In this document: positions 21,566-31,797 of the stretch, one piece after another
How positions within the stretch are numbered: position 1 is the stretch's first letter
Layout: each line of letters opens with the position of its first letter
Sequence record: DRR723986_2974
DNA length: 64,000 bases
Direction: 5' to 3' (one strand)
The notes under the pieces: generated by a model
What the model was told of the DNA's origin: nothing
The model's input: only the letters and a program-made list of their open reading frames with translations
Database searches by the model: none
Made by a program: the position numbers and the translations under genes

Positions 21566-22023
21566 GCGGCGAGACGGACGAACCCTTTGCTGCTTCAAAG
21601 ATTGCAGTGACCGGACGGCTGTTCATCCTCAAGGATGATCTCACGGAAGATTTCATTCGCGCCTCCGGGCCTGGCGGGCAGAACGTCAACAAGGTCTCCA
21701 CGGCAGTTCAACTTCGGTTCGACCTTGCCGGCAATGAAACACTTCCAGAAGACGTCAAGACGCGAGCGGCGAGGCTTGCAGGCAGCCGGCTGACTCTGGG
21801 CGGCGAGATCGTCTTGCAGGCGGATCGGTTCCGGACCCGCGAACGGAATCGGGAAGACGCGTTGGAGCGTTTGCTAGACTTGCTTCGAAAGGCTACGGAA
21901 AAGCCGAAACCCCGCAAGGCCACGAAACCGACCCTCGGATCCAAGAAGCGTCGTCTCGACGCCAAGAAACAACGTGGCCAAATCAAGAAAATGCGTGGCC
22001 GTTCAGGTGGTTACGACGGTTGA
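21562..22023 (+). CDS. arfB: Alternative ribosome rescue peptidyl-tRNA hydrolase ArfB
   Basis: ASGPGGQNVNKV and basic C-terminal tail; ATGA overlap with rutR. Confidence 0.92.
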   Translation: MSGETDEPFAASKIAVTGRLFILKDDLTEDFIRASGPGGQNVNKVSTAVQLRFDLAGNETLPEDVKTRAARLAGSRLTLGGEIVLQADRFRTRERNREDALERLLDLLRKATEKPKPRKATKPTLGSKKRRLDAKKQRGQIKKMRGRSGGYDG

Positions 22024-22107
22024 GGGGCGGATTGCCATGGGGGGTGTTGGCAGGGCCGTGCTGTACGTGGAAACAGCAACCCTAGATATATTTACCTATG
22101 GTTCACG

Positions 22108-22122
22108 TTAAACAAGATTCAA
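22108..22122. promoter_or_regulatory. Possible CtrA site upstream of chemoreceptor
   Basis: TTAA-ACAAGAT-TCAA, one mismatch to TTAA-N7-TTAA. Confidence 0.35.
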
Positions 22123-22174
22123 GAAGATGTCGCTAGTGTGATACGGGAAAACACCTACCTAAAGGCGATTTCTT

Positions 22175-24145
22175 ATGACGTTGTTATTGCCGCAAAGTGA
22201 CTGGCGAGAAATCGTCGACGCGTTTAGTCGTTCTCAAGCAATCATTCAATTCAAACCCGATGGCACAATTTTGGAAGCGAATGAGAATTTTCTCAGGACC
22301 TTCGGGTATTCACTGGATGAAATAAAAGGACGACATCACAGGATGTTCGTCGATCCGGACTATGCGAAGTCGTCCGATTATGAACGTCTTTGGAAAGCAC
22401 TGGCGAAGGGAGAGTTTCAGTCCGCTGAATTTGCCCGGATTGCCAAGGGAGGCAAGGAAGTCTGGATCCAGGCAACCTACAATCCGGTCATCACCAGGTC
22501 GGGGACCGTTCGGAAGATCGTCAAGATCGCAACCGATATTACCGAGAAGAAACGAAAGGCGCTTGAAGCCCAGGGGCAGATAGACGCGATCAACCGATCG
22601 CAAGCCGTTATTCAATTTGATCTGGACGGCACGATCCTCGATGCGAATCCGAATTTCCTGAAGTCGCTCGGTTACGAACTTTCGGAAGTGAAGGGCAAGC
22701 ACCACAGCCTGTTTTTGGATCCGGAAGATCGGAACAAGCCAGAATACAAGGCTTTCTGGCGCAAGCTTGGAGAAGGGGCTTACCAGAGCGGCGAGTTCAG
22801 ACGCCGGCACAAGGACGGTAGGGATATCTGGATCCTTGCTTCCTACAACCCGATCCTCGATGCTGCAGGACACCCGTTCAAGGTCGTGAAATTCGCGACC
22901 GACGTAACCTCCGAAAAGCTTCGAAACGCCGAATATGAAGGTCAGATCGCAGCAATCAGCCGTAGCCAGGCGATGATTTCCTTCACCAGGGAAGGGATCA
23001 TTCTCGACGCGAACGAGAACTTCCTGCGTACGACCGGGTATTCTGCCGCTGAGGTGGTCGGTAAACACCACCGCATGTTTGTGTCACCCGATTACGCACA
23101 GAGCAAGGAATATGCCTCATTCTGGAAGGAACTGGGGGACGGGAAACATACGTCGGCCATCTATCAGCGTTACGGCAAGAGTGGCGCTCCTATCTGGCTG
23201 CAGGCGACCTACAATCCGATCTTCGACGCGTCCGGTAGGCTCATCAAGATCACCAAGTTTGCCACCGACGTTACGCAGAACATGAAGTCACGACAGACAG
23301 CCATTGCGGCCGCCGAAGAGACACTTGGAACTGTTGAGCAGACAGTTGCTTCTGCCAGGGAAATTACCGGCTCTGCACAAGATGTGTCGCGTGGAATGGA
23401 CGAGGCGCAGCGGGCAGTCGATGACATGCAAACGCGCTCCGAAGCAGCCGGAAGATCCACCGAAACTCTCCGCAACGCTGCGGCTTCCATGGACGATGTC
23501 GTTCAGCTGATTTCGAAAGTTGCGGATCAGATCAACCTTTTGTCTCTCAACGCGACGATAGAGGCCGCACGCGCAGGCGAGGCGGGACGGGGCTTTGCTG
23601 TTGTGGCGAACGAGGTCAAGGACCTCGCGAGCCAGACATCTCAAGCAACAACGCGCATTTTCGCCGAGATCGAGGAGATGCAGACCGTTGCAGGAGCTGT
23701 TGACGAAGCGCTGAAGGCGATCCAGTCGTCAATCACCGAAGTGCAGGAACTGGTCCAGGGAACATCAACTGCAGCAGAACAGCAATGCGCTGCGACTGAC
23801 GAAATCAGCAGCAAGTTGATGCTCGCATCCGAAAATGTTGCGTCCGTCTGCAGCAATCTGGACAATTGGGTCGTCGGCATGGAAAACCGGCGGAAAAGCG
23901 AGCGAACCCGCGTTCATCAACATGCCGAAATCAGGTTTGGCGACAATGAGTGCCTGCAGTGTTCGGTGAGGGACATTTCCGAAACCGGAGCACGGCTTCA
24001 TCTGACAAATGCCGGAAATGTTCCGAGCCAGTTCACACTTCATTTCAACGATGGAAAGGCTGAAAGAAGTTGCCGCCTTGTGCGCAGGGATGGCGACAAC
24101 ATCGGCATAGAATTCGTGAAGAACGTTCTTGCGTTGAGCGCATGA
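22175..24145 (+). CDS. Soluble chemoreceptor: 3x PAS + MCP signal domain + PilZ
   Basis: Three SQAxIxF..DG.IL.AN.NF repeats; [30 protein letters not shown]...DISETG. Confidence 0.9.
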   Translation: MTLLLPQSDWREIVDAFSRSQAIIQFKPDGTILEANENFLRTFGYSLDEIKGRHHRMFVDPDYAKSSDYERLWKALAKGEFQSAEFARIAKGGKEVWIQATYNPVITRSGTVRKIVKIATDITEKKRKALEAQGQIDAINRSQAVIQFDLDGTILDANPNFLKSLGYELSEVKGKHHSLFLDPEDRNKPEYKAFWRKLGEGAYQSGEFRRRHKDGRDIWILASYNPILDAAGHPFKVVKFATDVTSEKLRNAEYEGQIAAISRSQAMISFTREGIILDANENFLRTTGYSAAEVVGKHHRMFVSPDYAQSKEYASFWKELGDGKHTSAIYQRYGKSGAPIWLQATYNPIFDASGRLIKITKFATDVTQNMKSRQTAIAAAEETLGTVEQTVASAREITGSAQDVSRGMDEAQRAVDDMQTRSEAAGRSTETLRNAAASMDDVVQLISKVADQINLLSLNATIEAARAGEAGRGFAVVANEVKDLASQTSQATTRIFAEIEEMQTVAGAVDEALKAIQSSITEVQELVQGTSTAAEQQCAATDEISSKLMLASENVASVCSNLDNWVVGMENRRKSERTRVHQHAEIRFGDNECLQCSVRDISETGARLHLTNAGNVPSQFTLHFNDGKAERSCRLVRRDGDNIGIEFVKNVLALSA

Positions 24146-24155
24146 CGGCCAAGTT

Positions 24156-25244
24156 TCAAATATCCCGTTCTGCCCGGGTAATGCCGTGGGTGATCAGACG
24201 ATCGATGATCTCCGGATAGCTGACGCCACTTGCAGCCATCGCTTTGGAATACATGCTGATATTCGTAAAGCCGGGGATGGTATTTAGTTCGTTCAGCAGG
24301 AAATTCATTTCCTGCGTCACAAAAAAATCGACGCGGGCCATGCCGTCGCACCCCAGGGCCCTAAACGCCCTTGCCGCCAGATCCTGCATCCGGTCTTCGA
24401 CATCGTGCGGCAAATCTGCAGGTACCTTCAAGGCCGCGCCGTCTTCGTCGACATATTTTGCGTCATATGTGTAAAAGCCATGGCTTTCGGCGGGAACGAT
24501 TTCACCCGGCCTGGAGACGAACAGCGTGCCGTCGCTTTCCTCCAGAACCGCGAATTCGATTTCGCGGCCAAGAACGAACTCTTCGGCAAGAAGCTTGTTG
24601 TCGTGCTTGAAACCTTCCTTCAAGGCGGCCTCAAAGTCGTCTGCCGTCTGAACCTTGCTGACACCGACCGAGGAACCCTGGCGGGCAGGTTTGATGAATA
24701 CGGGCAAACCGAGTTCGCGCTTCAGGAGTTCGAAGTCCGGCACATCGTCCGGCCGAATTGTGAGTGATTTGGCCGTGGGGAGGCCGGCCTCGATGAGAAG
24801 CCGTTTTGCAAGATCCTTGTCGAGTGCATTTGCAGACCCTGCGATACCGCATCCAACGAGCGGAACCCGGGCAACTTCAGCAAGTCCTTGTACCGCACCA
24901 TCTTCGCCATGGAGGCCATGAAGCACGGGAAAGAGCGCGTCAAGCTTGGCAAAGTCACGAGGCAACCCGTTTTCATCCAGTGCAATCACTCGGCCACGGC
25001 CACCTGGAACCGGACAGATTTCTATGCCAGTTGTCGGCCGTGCCAGATGTCCATTCTCAAAATTGCTCAGCAGCCATTGTCCTTCACGGGTGACGTAGAC
25101 CGGAACCGCGTCATACTTGGAAGGATCGAGCGCGTTCATGACATTTGTTGCGGAAAGGACCGAGACTTCGTGTTCCGCAGATCGCCCGCCAAACAGGATG
25201 GCTACACGCAGTTTTTGAGAAAGATGGGCCAAAAAGGTCTCCAA
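24156..25244 (-). CDS. ddl: D-alanine-D-alanine ligase family protein
   Basis: FGGRSAEHEVS, HGLHGEDG, GSSVG, ARVDFF, NELNTIPG. Confidence 0.9.
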   Translation of the reverse strand: METFLAHLSQKLRVAILFGGRSAEHEVSVLSATNVMNALDPSKYDAVPVYVTREGQWLLSNFENGHLARPTTGIEICPVPGGRGRVIALDENGLPRDFAKLDALFPVLHGLHGEDGAVQGLAEVARVPLVGCGIAGSANALDKDLAKRLLIEAGLPTAKSLTIRPDDVPDFELLKRELGLPVFIKPARQGSSVGVSKVQTADDFEAALKEGFKHDNKLLAEEFVLGREIEFAVLEESDGTLFVSRPGEIVPAESHGFYTYDAKYVDEDGAALKVPADLPHDVEDRMQDLAARAFRALGCDGMARVDFFVTQEMNFLLNELNTIPGFTNISMYSKAMAASGVSYPEIIDRLITHGITRAERDI

Positions 25245-25468
25245 TAGAATCGAATATGCAAATCAAAAGCTGCATCAGCGATAACGCGATATTGTGGCTA
25301 CGCAAAGTCTGGCTGGCGGCGTACTCGGGTCCAATTCACTGAGACCCGGTTTGGACGCACGATAAGACAGTGTTGTCAGCAAATGGCACCGTTTCGCCAG
25401 GACGAAGAAGAGGGGGCAGGGATGGTATCTAGAAACGCCATGCTGCCCGGAAAAACCGAACGGGCGCC

Positions 25469-25963
25469 TTACCTTGATGAACTGACCTTCATGGGGAGTA
25501 TCAAGCCCCATTGTGTCGCCTGGGAGGTACCAAACACTTCAAAGCCCGCTTTCTTATACGCTGAAATGGCACGAGTGTTGTCCGGGTGGGGATCGGTCGC
25601 AACGACTGGAACGCCAGCCCCGAACAGTGCCTTCAGGTGCTGCGAGATAAACGCAGGGCCGTGCCCTTTACCTGTCATGTCTGCTTCGCCGATGTACTGA
25701 TCGATGCCCCGAGATCCCTTGGGTAGCGAGAAAAAGTGGTGATCTTCCCAGTCGTGAACGCTGTAGTCCTGCAAGTAGGCGAAGGGGCGCTGGGTTGTTT
25801 CAACAATCCAGCGCTTCACCCGAGTGTCTTTGAGTTTTTGCGCAGTAAAGGGCTCGGCCGTGTCCCACCACTTACGGACATGCGGTCGCGACTGCCATTC
25901 CGCCAAGAGAGGTAGATCTGCCGGGGTCACTTCTCGAAACGTGTAACGTTCTCTTGCTGACAT
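25469..25963 (-). CDS. GNAT acetyltransferase, AAC(6')-like
   Basis: PHVRKWW, GIDQYIGE..GKGHG, DPHPDNTRAI.AY.KAGF. Confidence 0.82.
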   Translation of the reverse strand: MSARERYTFREVTPADLPLLAEWQSRPHVRKWWDTAEPFTAQKLKDTRVKRWIVETTQRPFAYLQDYSVHDWEDHHFFSLPKGSRGIDQYIGEADMTGKGHGPAFISQHLKALFGAGVPVVATDPHPDNTRAISAYKKAGFEVFGTSQATQWGLILPMKVSSSR

Positions 25964-26290
25964 ATCAGAACAATATCATACAGTCATAAGCACCGGCATC
26001 AGGCGCGTCGATACTGTGTGCGGTTCAGACTAGCTGCGAGAAGTGCAGTGTTTTTCGGGGAATAACCTCGTAATAACAGTAGCTTATGAACTTGTGCGGG
26101 AAGGGGTGTCCAATCCGGATCTGTGATCTACCGGAGATGAGAGGCATTGTTTGAGGCAGGTTTTGAACCGCCGCAAAAGCCATGTTCACTCGGCAACGAC
26201 TTCTTTTCCGGGGGGCATTTGGCTGGCATAAGATGCTGATTTGATTAGAGTTAATGGTAAGATTTGATTGGAAAAGCAACCGTGAAAAAT

Positions 26291-27157
26291 ATGGAAATCG
26301 ACCGAAACACAGTTGCGCTTCTCATCGACCAGCAGTTTCCACATCTTGACCATCTACCAATTGAACCGGTTTCCAAACAGGGCTGGGACAACGCCACCTT
26401 CAGGCTCGGTGACGCTTTTTCCGTGCGTCTGCCACGAAATGAATCCTATGCCGAAGCAGTGAAGAAAGAAGCGCATGCGCTGGCTGTCTTGGGCAAGCAT
26501 CTGTCCGTTGAAGTGCCGAGTGTCGTCGCTGTCGGCCTGCCAAGCGATACATTTCCGCTACCGTGGTCGATAAGGCGTTGGGTCGAGGGAGATACACTTG
26601 AAAGCGCTGACGGTGTAAATCCGGAAACAATCGCGGTTTCGCTTGGCAAAACCCTGTGTGATTTGAGAGCGATCGATACGGGTGGCGGGATCCTTGCAGG
26701 CAAGCACTCATTCTATCGGGGTTGCCATCCCAGCGCTTACGGCGACAAAGTTCAAAAGAGTTTGGATATCCTCGGCAGCAAGGTGGACGCAATGCGGTGC
26801 CTTGAAGTCTGGCAGCGTGGCATGACGTCGGCCTGGACGGCCAGACCTGTCTGGTTCCACGGAGATGTAGCGGTCGGAAACATCATCGTCACCAATAGCG
26901 TCGTCAAAGCTCTCATAGATTTCGGGACCTGCGGTATCGGTGATCCTGCCTTTGACTTCGTTATGGCCTGGACGTATTTCGATCCCGAAAGCCGGAAGAT
27001 TTTCCGGGATGCGTGCGAGGTAGATGATCAGACCTGGCAACGGGCCAGAGCATGGGCGCTTTGGAAAGCTCTGGTTTGCATGTCCGGTCTTTCAAGTCCG
27101 GACACCGATGGAACGCAAGCCAAAGCTCTGCAAGCTATCTGCAATGACGTCGACTAG
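26291..27157 (+). CDS. Aminoglycoside phosphotransferase family protein
   Basis: GWDN..FRLG, WFHGD...GN, IDFG...GDPA.D. Confidence 0.85.
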   Translation: MEIDRNTVALLIDQQFPHLDHLPIEPVSKQGWDNATFRLGDAFSVRLPRNESYAEAVKKEAHALAVLGKHLSVEVPSVVAVGLPSDTFPLPWSIRRWVEGDTLESADGVNPETIAVSLGKTLCDLRAIDTGGGILAGKHSFYRGCHPSAYGDKVQKSLDILGSKVDAMRCLEVWQRGMTSAWTARPVWFHGDVAVGNIIVTNSVVKALIDFGTCGIGDPAFDFVMAWTYFDPESRKIFRDACEVDDQTWQRARAWALWKALVCMSGLSSPDTDGTQAKALQAICNDVD

Positions 27158-27435
27158 CCGACACTGCCAAGGTCCAGCGCTTGAGCGATGGTGAGATAGC
27201 CCGATAGGTGACATTTGTTGCTGGGACGATGGAGGGCTCCCCAATCCACATCACCTGTTGTGACTAAAGAGATTGGTCACGATATGTGCCAGACAGAACG
27301 GTCACAAAGGGCTGTGCAACAGGGCAGGGCTTGAGCAAGGCTGACCGCCCGTAGACCCAAGGCAGGGAAGCCTTGCGGTGAGGAAGGCGCTGCACATCAG
27401 ATCGGTTTTGAGATTTGTTTCCCTTCGAGCTCGGC

Positions 27436-27756
27436 TTAAACTGGCTCTCCAAAGAACCCGATAATAAGTAATAGAGCGGCGAGCGCAGCAATGCAGGCGC
27501 TTGCGGAAAAGAGCATTAGGCGCCGCAGGTTCCTGAAATCTTCCCGCAAGAAGAAGCCACCAAATCGTGTGTTTAGGCGAGCAGCTTTTTCCCAATAGGA
27601 GGGAGTATTTTCATCGTCAGCTTCCAAAGCTCGAATTTTTAGCATGATTGAAATAATACCCAAAAAGAAACATACGAACCCAACAATGAATATTGAAAAA
27701 CACATCCAAACAGCAAATTGAATTAAAAGATATTCATCAGACAGTACAATTTTCAT
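27436..27756 (-). CDS. AT-rich two-TM hypothetical membrane protein
   Basis: 106-aa ORF, two hydrophobic segments, low GC. Confidence 0.6.
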   Translation of the reverse strand: MKIVLSDEYLLIQFAVWMCFSIFIVGFVCFFLGIISIMLKIRALEADDENTPSYWEKAARLNTRFGGFFLREDFRNLRRLMLFSASACIAALAALLLIIGFFGEPV

Positions 27757-27951
27757 ATTCGATAACCTTTACTCATTTCTTTTATTCTCCAACTTCAATG
27801 CGCAGCCTATCTTTTCTTCGAATCGCAATATAGTCTGGATCATCAAACACACTCGGTAGCCTTGGAGGCTTCCGACCGCGCTTCTTATAGCTGTCTTTCT
27901 CGCTGTTTGATTTGACCTTTGTCGGCGGCTGATTTGCATACTGCTGTTCCT

Positions 27952-28270
27952 TCACCCAAGACAGAACTTCGTGGAGACGTTTGTTCTCCGCGATAGCCGC
28001 ATGGGACAGCGGCCTCTGGCACGATGACGGATCCCGCCTGGATCTTTGGAGCGGAAACGATCTCGCAGACGATAGGCATGCAGTCTCGACATGTTCATCA
28101 GGTTGGCCGCAGTCGTGACGCCAATGTGGCCATCTTCGACCTGCGCCTGGATCTCGACCCGATTCAAATCTCGCTCACTCACCAAAATCTATCCCATGTC
28201 CATGTTCCAGACACTCAAAGGGACGCGGGAAGCGTGACATTTTTGAATTGCACATGTGAGACATTTTAGT
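27952..28270 (-). pseudogene. Degenerate ISNCY-type transposase 5' fragment with element end
   Basis: ATG 28197 reads M-G-stop-ILVSERDLNRVEI..RHRARGR, resembling ISNCY N-termini; repeated GACATTTT end-like motifs at about 28235 and 28260. Confidence 0.7.
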
Positions 28271-28287
28271 CCGACGTTTATATGACT

Positions 28288-28315
28288 AATTCGCATAATC
28301 AATATTATGGAACAT
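28288..28315. other. dif: dif site (XerC/XerD chromosome dimer resolution)
   Basis: AATTCGCATAA-TCAATA-TTATGGAACAT, 11-6-11 architecture like proteobacterial dif. Confidence 0.85.
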
Positions 28316-28434
28316 TTATAGCTAGGCGTGTTTGCCATGCTTTACCAATGCCTTAGTGTCGGATCCGGTTGGCGTTGCCAGTCAGTTTGTGTTGCTGAGC
28401 GTCATTCCGCGCCTCAGTCGTGCTGTCGCATAGA

Positions 28435-28956
28435 TCAATCGCTGTCGTCCGCGTCGATCACCTTGCGAGCGATTTCAAAGGAAAAGCCCGCCCGGCACAT
28501 TGCTGCCAGCTCCTTGTCGCGCCGGTCATCTCGCGTTCGTGTCGTTCTGAATGGACCAAGCCGTCTGCGTCTTGCGAAGATCCGAGCGGCTTCCTCGTCG
28601 CTGCGTTCGTCTTGTGCCAGCACCGTGTGTATCGTTTCTCTGTCAACGCCTTTGGAAACCAACTGAGCTTCGATTTTTCGCGTTGAGCCACCACGGCGCC
28701 GCAGTCCGGCAGTCTTGGTTTCCGCGTAGGTCTTGTCGTTGACGAGACCTGTCTGAACGCATTTTTCAACGACCGCATCGATCAGGTCGGCATAGTCGGC
28801 GGGCTCGAGTTCCAGGCTCATGCAGGCTTTCAAAACCTTGCGTTCAAGAACCTTTCGAAGATTGGCGGCCGATGTCGCATAGCGTTCCAGGTAATGAAGC
28901 GCAGACTTGATCAGCCGATCTTCCGTCGGTTGTTTGTAGCGTGGCTTACCAGCCAT
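28435..28956 (-). CDS. recX: RecX family regulator
   Basis: ALHYLERYATS, GLVND..YA, ARRRRLGPFR, RAGFS. Confidence 0.82.
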   Translation of the reverse strand: MAGKPRYKQPTEDRLIKSALHYLERYATSAANLRKVLERKVLKACMSLELEPADYADLIDAVVEKCVQTGLVNDKTYAETKTAGLRRRGGSTRKIEAQLVSKGVDRETIHTVLAQDERSDEEAARIFARRRRLGPFRTTRTRDDRRDKELAAMCRAGFSFEIARKVIDADDSD

Positions 28957-29788
28957 CGGTGGTTAGAGCGCTTTCTTTGCCTGTGCCTGTGTCTTCAACG
29001 GACAGGAGCATACCATCATAGGCAGGTTCTATGGTTTCAGGCAGTTCCGCTGACAGGATATCGTAGTCCAAGTCATTGTGAAGATTGGTGAAAATGGTGC
29101 GTTTGGGAGCAATTCTGGAAGTCCAGGACAGTGCATCCGCCAGACAGAAATGGCTTGGATGAGGTCTGCGGCGCAAGCAATCCAGGATCAGAAGATCCAG
29201 GTGTTTCAACTGGTTGAGGCTGTTATCCGGAATGTCCGAGACATCGGGGATGTAGGCTGTGTCACCAATGCGAAATCCAAGCGCATTGATCTCTCCGTGG
29301 ACAACCTCGAAAGGTTCGAAGGTGATCGGACCGCCGTTTCCCTCAATGGTGACTGGTGTATCCGGACGAAGATCACGGCGTTCCAGAATGGGCGGATAGT
29401 TGGAGCCTGCCGGTGTTTCAAAGCAGTAGCTGAATGCTGTGAGTGCCCTCGCGCTTGTCGCTTCGTCCATATAGACGGGAACTCTATTGCCGGATTGCAC
29501 CCAAAAGGCCCGCAAATCGTCGATTCCGTGCAGATGATCGGCATGCGAATGTGTATAGACAACCGCGTCCAGGTGCTTGACGTTGGCAGCCAGCAATTGC
29601 GACCTGATGTCGGGTCCGCTGTCTATCAACACCGTTGTGCACTCGTTATCCACAAGCTTTTCCACAAGAAGCGCACAGCGGCTGCGGCGGTTCTTCGGTT
29701 CACCGGGATCGCAATCGCCCCAATCATTGCCGACACGCGGCACGCCTCCGGAAGAGCCGCATCCTAGAATGGTCAGCGTCAAGGTCAT
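28946..29788 (-). CDS. MBL-fold metallo-hydrolase (PhnP-like)
   Basis: LGCGSSGGVP, THSHADH. Confidence 0.9.
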   Translation of the reverse strand: MTLTLTILGCGSSGGVPRVGNDWGDCDPGEPKNRRSRCALLVEKLVDNECTTVLIDSGPDIRSQLLAANVKHLDAVVYTHSHADHLHGIDDLRAFWVQSGNRVPVYMDEATSARALTAFSYCFETPAGSNYPPILERRDLRPDTPVTIEGNGGPITFEPFEVVHGEINALGFRIGDTAYIPDVSDIPDNSLNQLKHLDLLILDCLRRRPHPSHFCLADALSWTSRIAPKRTIFTNLHNDLDYDILSAELPETIEPAYDGMLLSVEDTGTGKESALTTDGW

Positions 29789-30591
29789 GAAGCAATCGCT
29801 TTTGTCTGCAGGTTCTGACGAGGCACCTTGCTGAAGAGCCTGAAGAAATTCTCTGTGGTCTGCCGCGCAATCTCTTCTTCCGAAACGCCCCTGGTTTCCG
29901 CCAGAACCGCCGCGGTCATCGCTGTATAGGCTGGTTCGTTACGTTTGCCGCGTCTCGGCTGCGGAGCAAGATATGGGGCGTCGGTTTCCACCAACAACCG
30001 GTCAGCCGGCAATTCACGGGCAATGTCACGGATCTCTTCCGAGCGCTTGAAAGTCAAAATTCCGGAAAAGGACACATAAAGGCCAAGCTCTATTCCGGTC
30101 AGTGCAAGGTCTCGGCCGGACGAAAAGCAATGCAGCAGGGCCGGGAAGGCCCCCTTCCCCATTTCTTCGCGCAAGATGGCTGCCATATCGTCATCCGCGT
30201 CGCGTGAATGAATGACCAATGGCAAGCCGGTGCGCCGTGCGGCTTCTATGTGGATGCGAAGGCCTTCGGCCTGTGCATCGCGTGGAGCCTTGTCATAGAA
30301 GTAATCGAGACCGGCCTCGCCGATGGCGACCACCTTGGGGTGGTTCGCCAATCGCACGATTTCGTCGGCTGGTATGCCGCGCTCCGTGCCGGCGTTGTGC
30401 GGATGGGTGCCAACCGAACAATAGACTTCCGGGTATTCCTCGGCGATTGCCAGAACCTGGTCGAACTTGCGGATGTGGGTGCAGATGGTGACCATCAGTT
30501 CCACGCCGGCCGTCTTGGCTCGCGCGATCAGATCGGCACGTTCGCCGTCAAAATCCGGGAAATCGAGATGGCAGTGGCTGTCGACAAGCAT
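29785..30591 (-). CDS. tatD: TatD family DNase
   Basis: DSHCHLD, GEAGLDY, LHCF, ETDAPYLAP; start MLVDS at 30591. Confidence 0.93.
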   Translation of the reverse strand: MLVDSHCHLDFPDFDGERADLIARAKTAGVELMVTICTHIRKFDQVLAIAEEYPEVYCSVGTHPHNAGTERGIPADEIVRLANHPKVVAIGEAGLDYFYDKAPRDAQAEGLRIHIEAARRTGLPLVIHSRDADDDMAAILREEMGKGAFPALLHCFSSGRDLALTGIELGLYVSFSGILTFKRSEEIRDIARELPADRLLVETDAPYLAPQPRRGKRNEPAYTAMTAAVLAETRGVSEEEIARQTTENFFRLFSKVPRQNLQTKAIAS

Positions 30592-30735
30592 TGAGGATCC
30601 AAATGAGTTTGATCGGTATGGCGCATATAGGTGGTGCTGCCGCCTTTTAACAAAAGAATCGGGGCTTGCCCAAGTCACGAACTCTCGCTCGTGACGATTT
30701 CCAATCTGTGTTGCCGCCTGACGGGCCTTGACGGG

Positions 30736-31797
30736 TCAGGCTGCGCGCAAAGCGAAGAAAAAATCCAGCACGACCTGTTTCTTGTCGAGATTGAGCGCGT
30801 CCGCATCCCGGATTGCCTTGTTCATTTTTTCCCAGATCTCGACGATCCCGTGTGCGTCACGCACACCCTTGCCAAGATCCCGGCGCATACGGTCATGCAG
30901 CCAGATCTGAACGATGTGCTGAAAGCTCTCCCAATTGTCTGATTGGCCGCGCGCGGCCACCAGGTCCGCCAATGCATGCGCAGCGGCCAGATCGAGCTGT
31001 TGCGGACGGTCTGCGAGCTGACGAACGCCCTTGGCGATTGCAAGACCATCTCCTGAAAGCAAAGTGATGGCAGATCGCAAGCTGCCGTCGGCTGTCGGAG
31101 CGAGTTCACGAAGGTCATCCGCCGAGGCAACCGATCCGCCGGACAGGTCCTGCAGGCCCTGACCGACCTCCTGCTCGCTTAAGGGATCCAGATCGAGGCG
31201 CCGGCATCTGGACCGGATTGTCGGCAGCAGGCGGCCTGGTGCATGGCTCAACACCAGGAACAGGCATCGTTGCGGTGGTTCTTCAAGGATCTTCAAGAGC
31301 GCATTGGCGGAACTGATGTTCATGTCGTCCGCAGCATCGACAATGCAGATCCGCCAGGCCTTGGCAGATGCTGTGGTACCGAAGAAGGAAACGGTTCTGC
31401 GCACCTCATCCACCGGCAGGTCGGCTTTGAACCGCTTGGATTTCTCGTCCCAGGGGCGACGCAAATGCAGAATGTTCGGATGCCCGCCTGCCTTCAGCTG
31501 TCGGGACACTGGATGGTCGGGCGCAACCGCAAGGTCGCGCGCGGCGGCAACCTGCTGTCCGAATCTGTCCGGATTTGCGATCACGAAACGAGCGAAACGA
31601 AAGGCAAGCGTCGCCTTGCCGATCCCTTTCGGGCCACCCAGGATCCAGGCATGGTGAAGCCGCTCGGACTTGTAGGCGTCCAGAAGAGCCTGTTCCGTTT
31701 TGGTGTGTCCGATCAGGATGTCCCGCTCATGGGGCAACGGATAGCCAGGAAGAGCATCAACTTCAGGAATGTCGATCGGTGCATTGGCACGGGCCAT
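30736..31797 (-). CDS. holB: DNA polymerase III delta' subunit
   Basis: GPKGIGKAT, ANALLKILEEPP, LPTIRSRC. Confidence 0.93.
   Translation of the reverse strand: MARANAPIDIPEVDALPGYPLPHERDILIGHTKTEQALLDAYKSERLHHAWILGGPKGIGKATLAFRFARFVIANPDRFGQQVAAARDLAVAPDHPVSRQLKAGGHPNILHLRRPWDEKSKRFKADLPVDEVRRTVSFFGTTASAKAWRICIVDAADDMNISSANALLKILEEPPQRCLFLVLSHAPGRLLPTIRSRCRRLDLDPLSEQEVGQGLQDLSGGSVASADDLRELAPTADGSLRSAITLLSGDGLAIAKGVRQLADRPQQLDLAAAHALADLVAARGQSDNWESFQHIVQIWLHDRMRRDLGKGVRDAHGIVEIWEKMNKAIRDADALNLDKKQVVLDFFFALRAA

Noticed and set aside
24156-25244. Possible VanA-type D-Ala-D-Lac ligase
   Set aside because: Omega loop FYTYDAKY is D-Ala-D-Ala type and no van genes are adjacent
26066-26094. Second dif-like sequence (TCGTAATAA-CAGTAGC-TTATGAACT)
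   Set aside because: 7-bp spacer and poor arm matches; too weak to call
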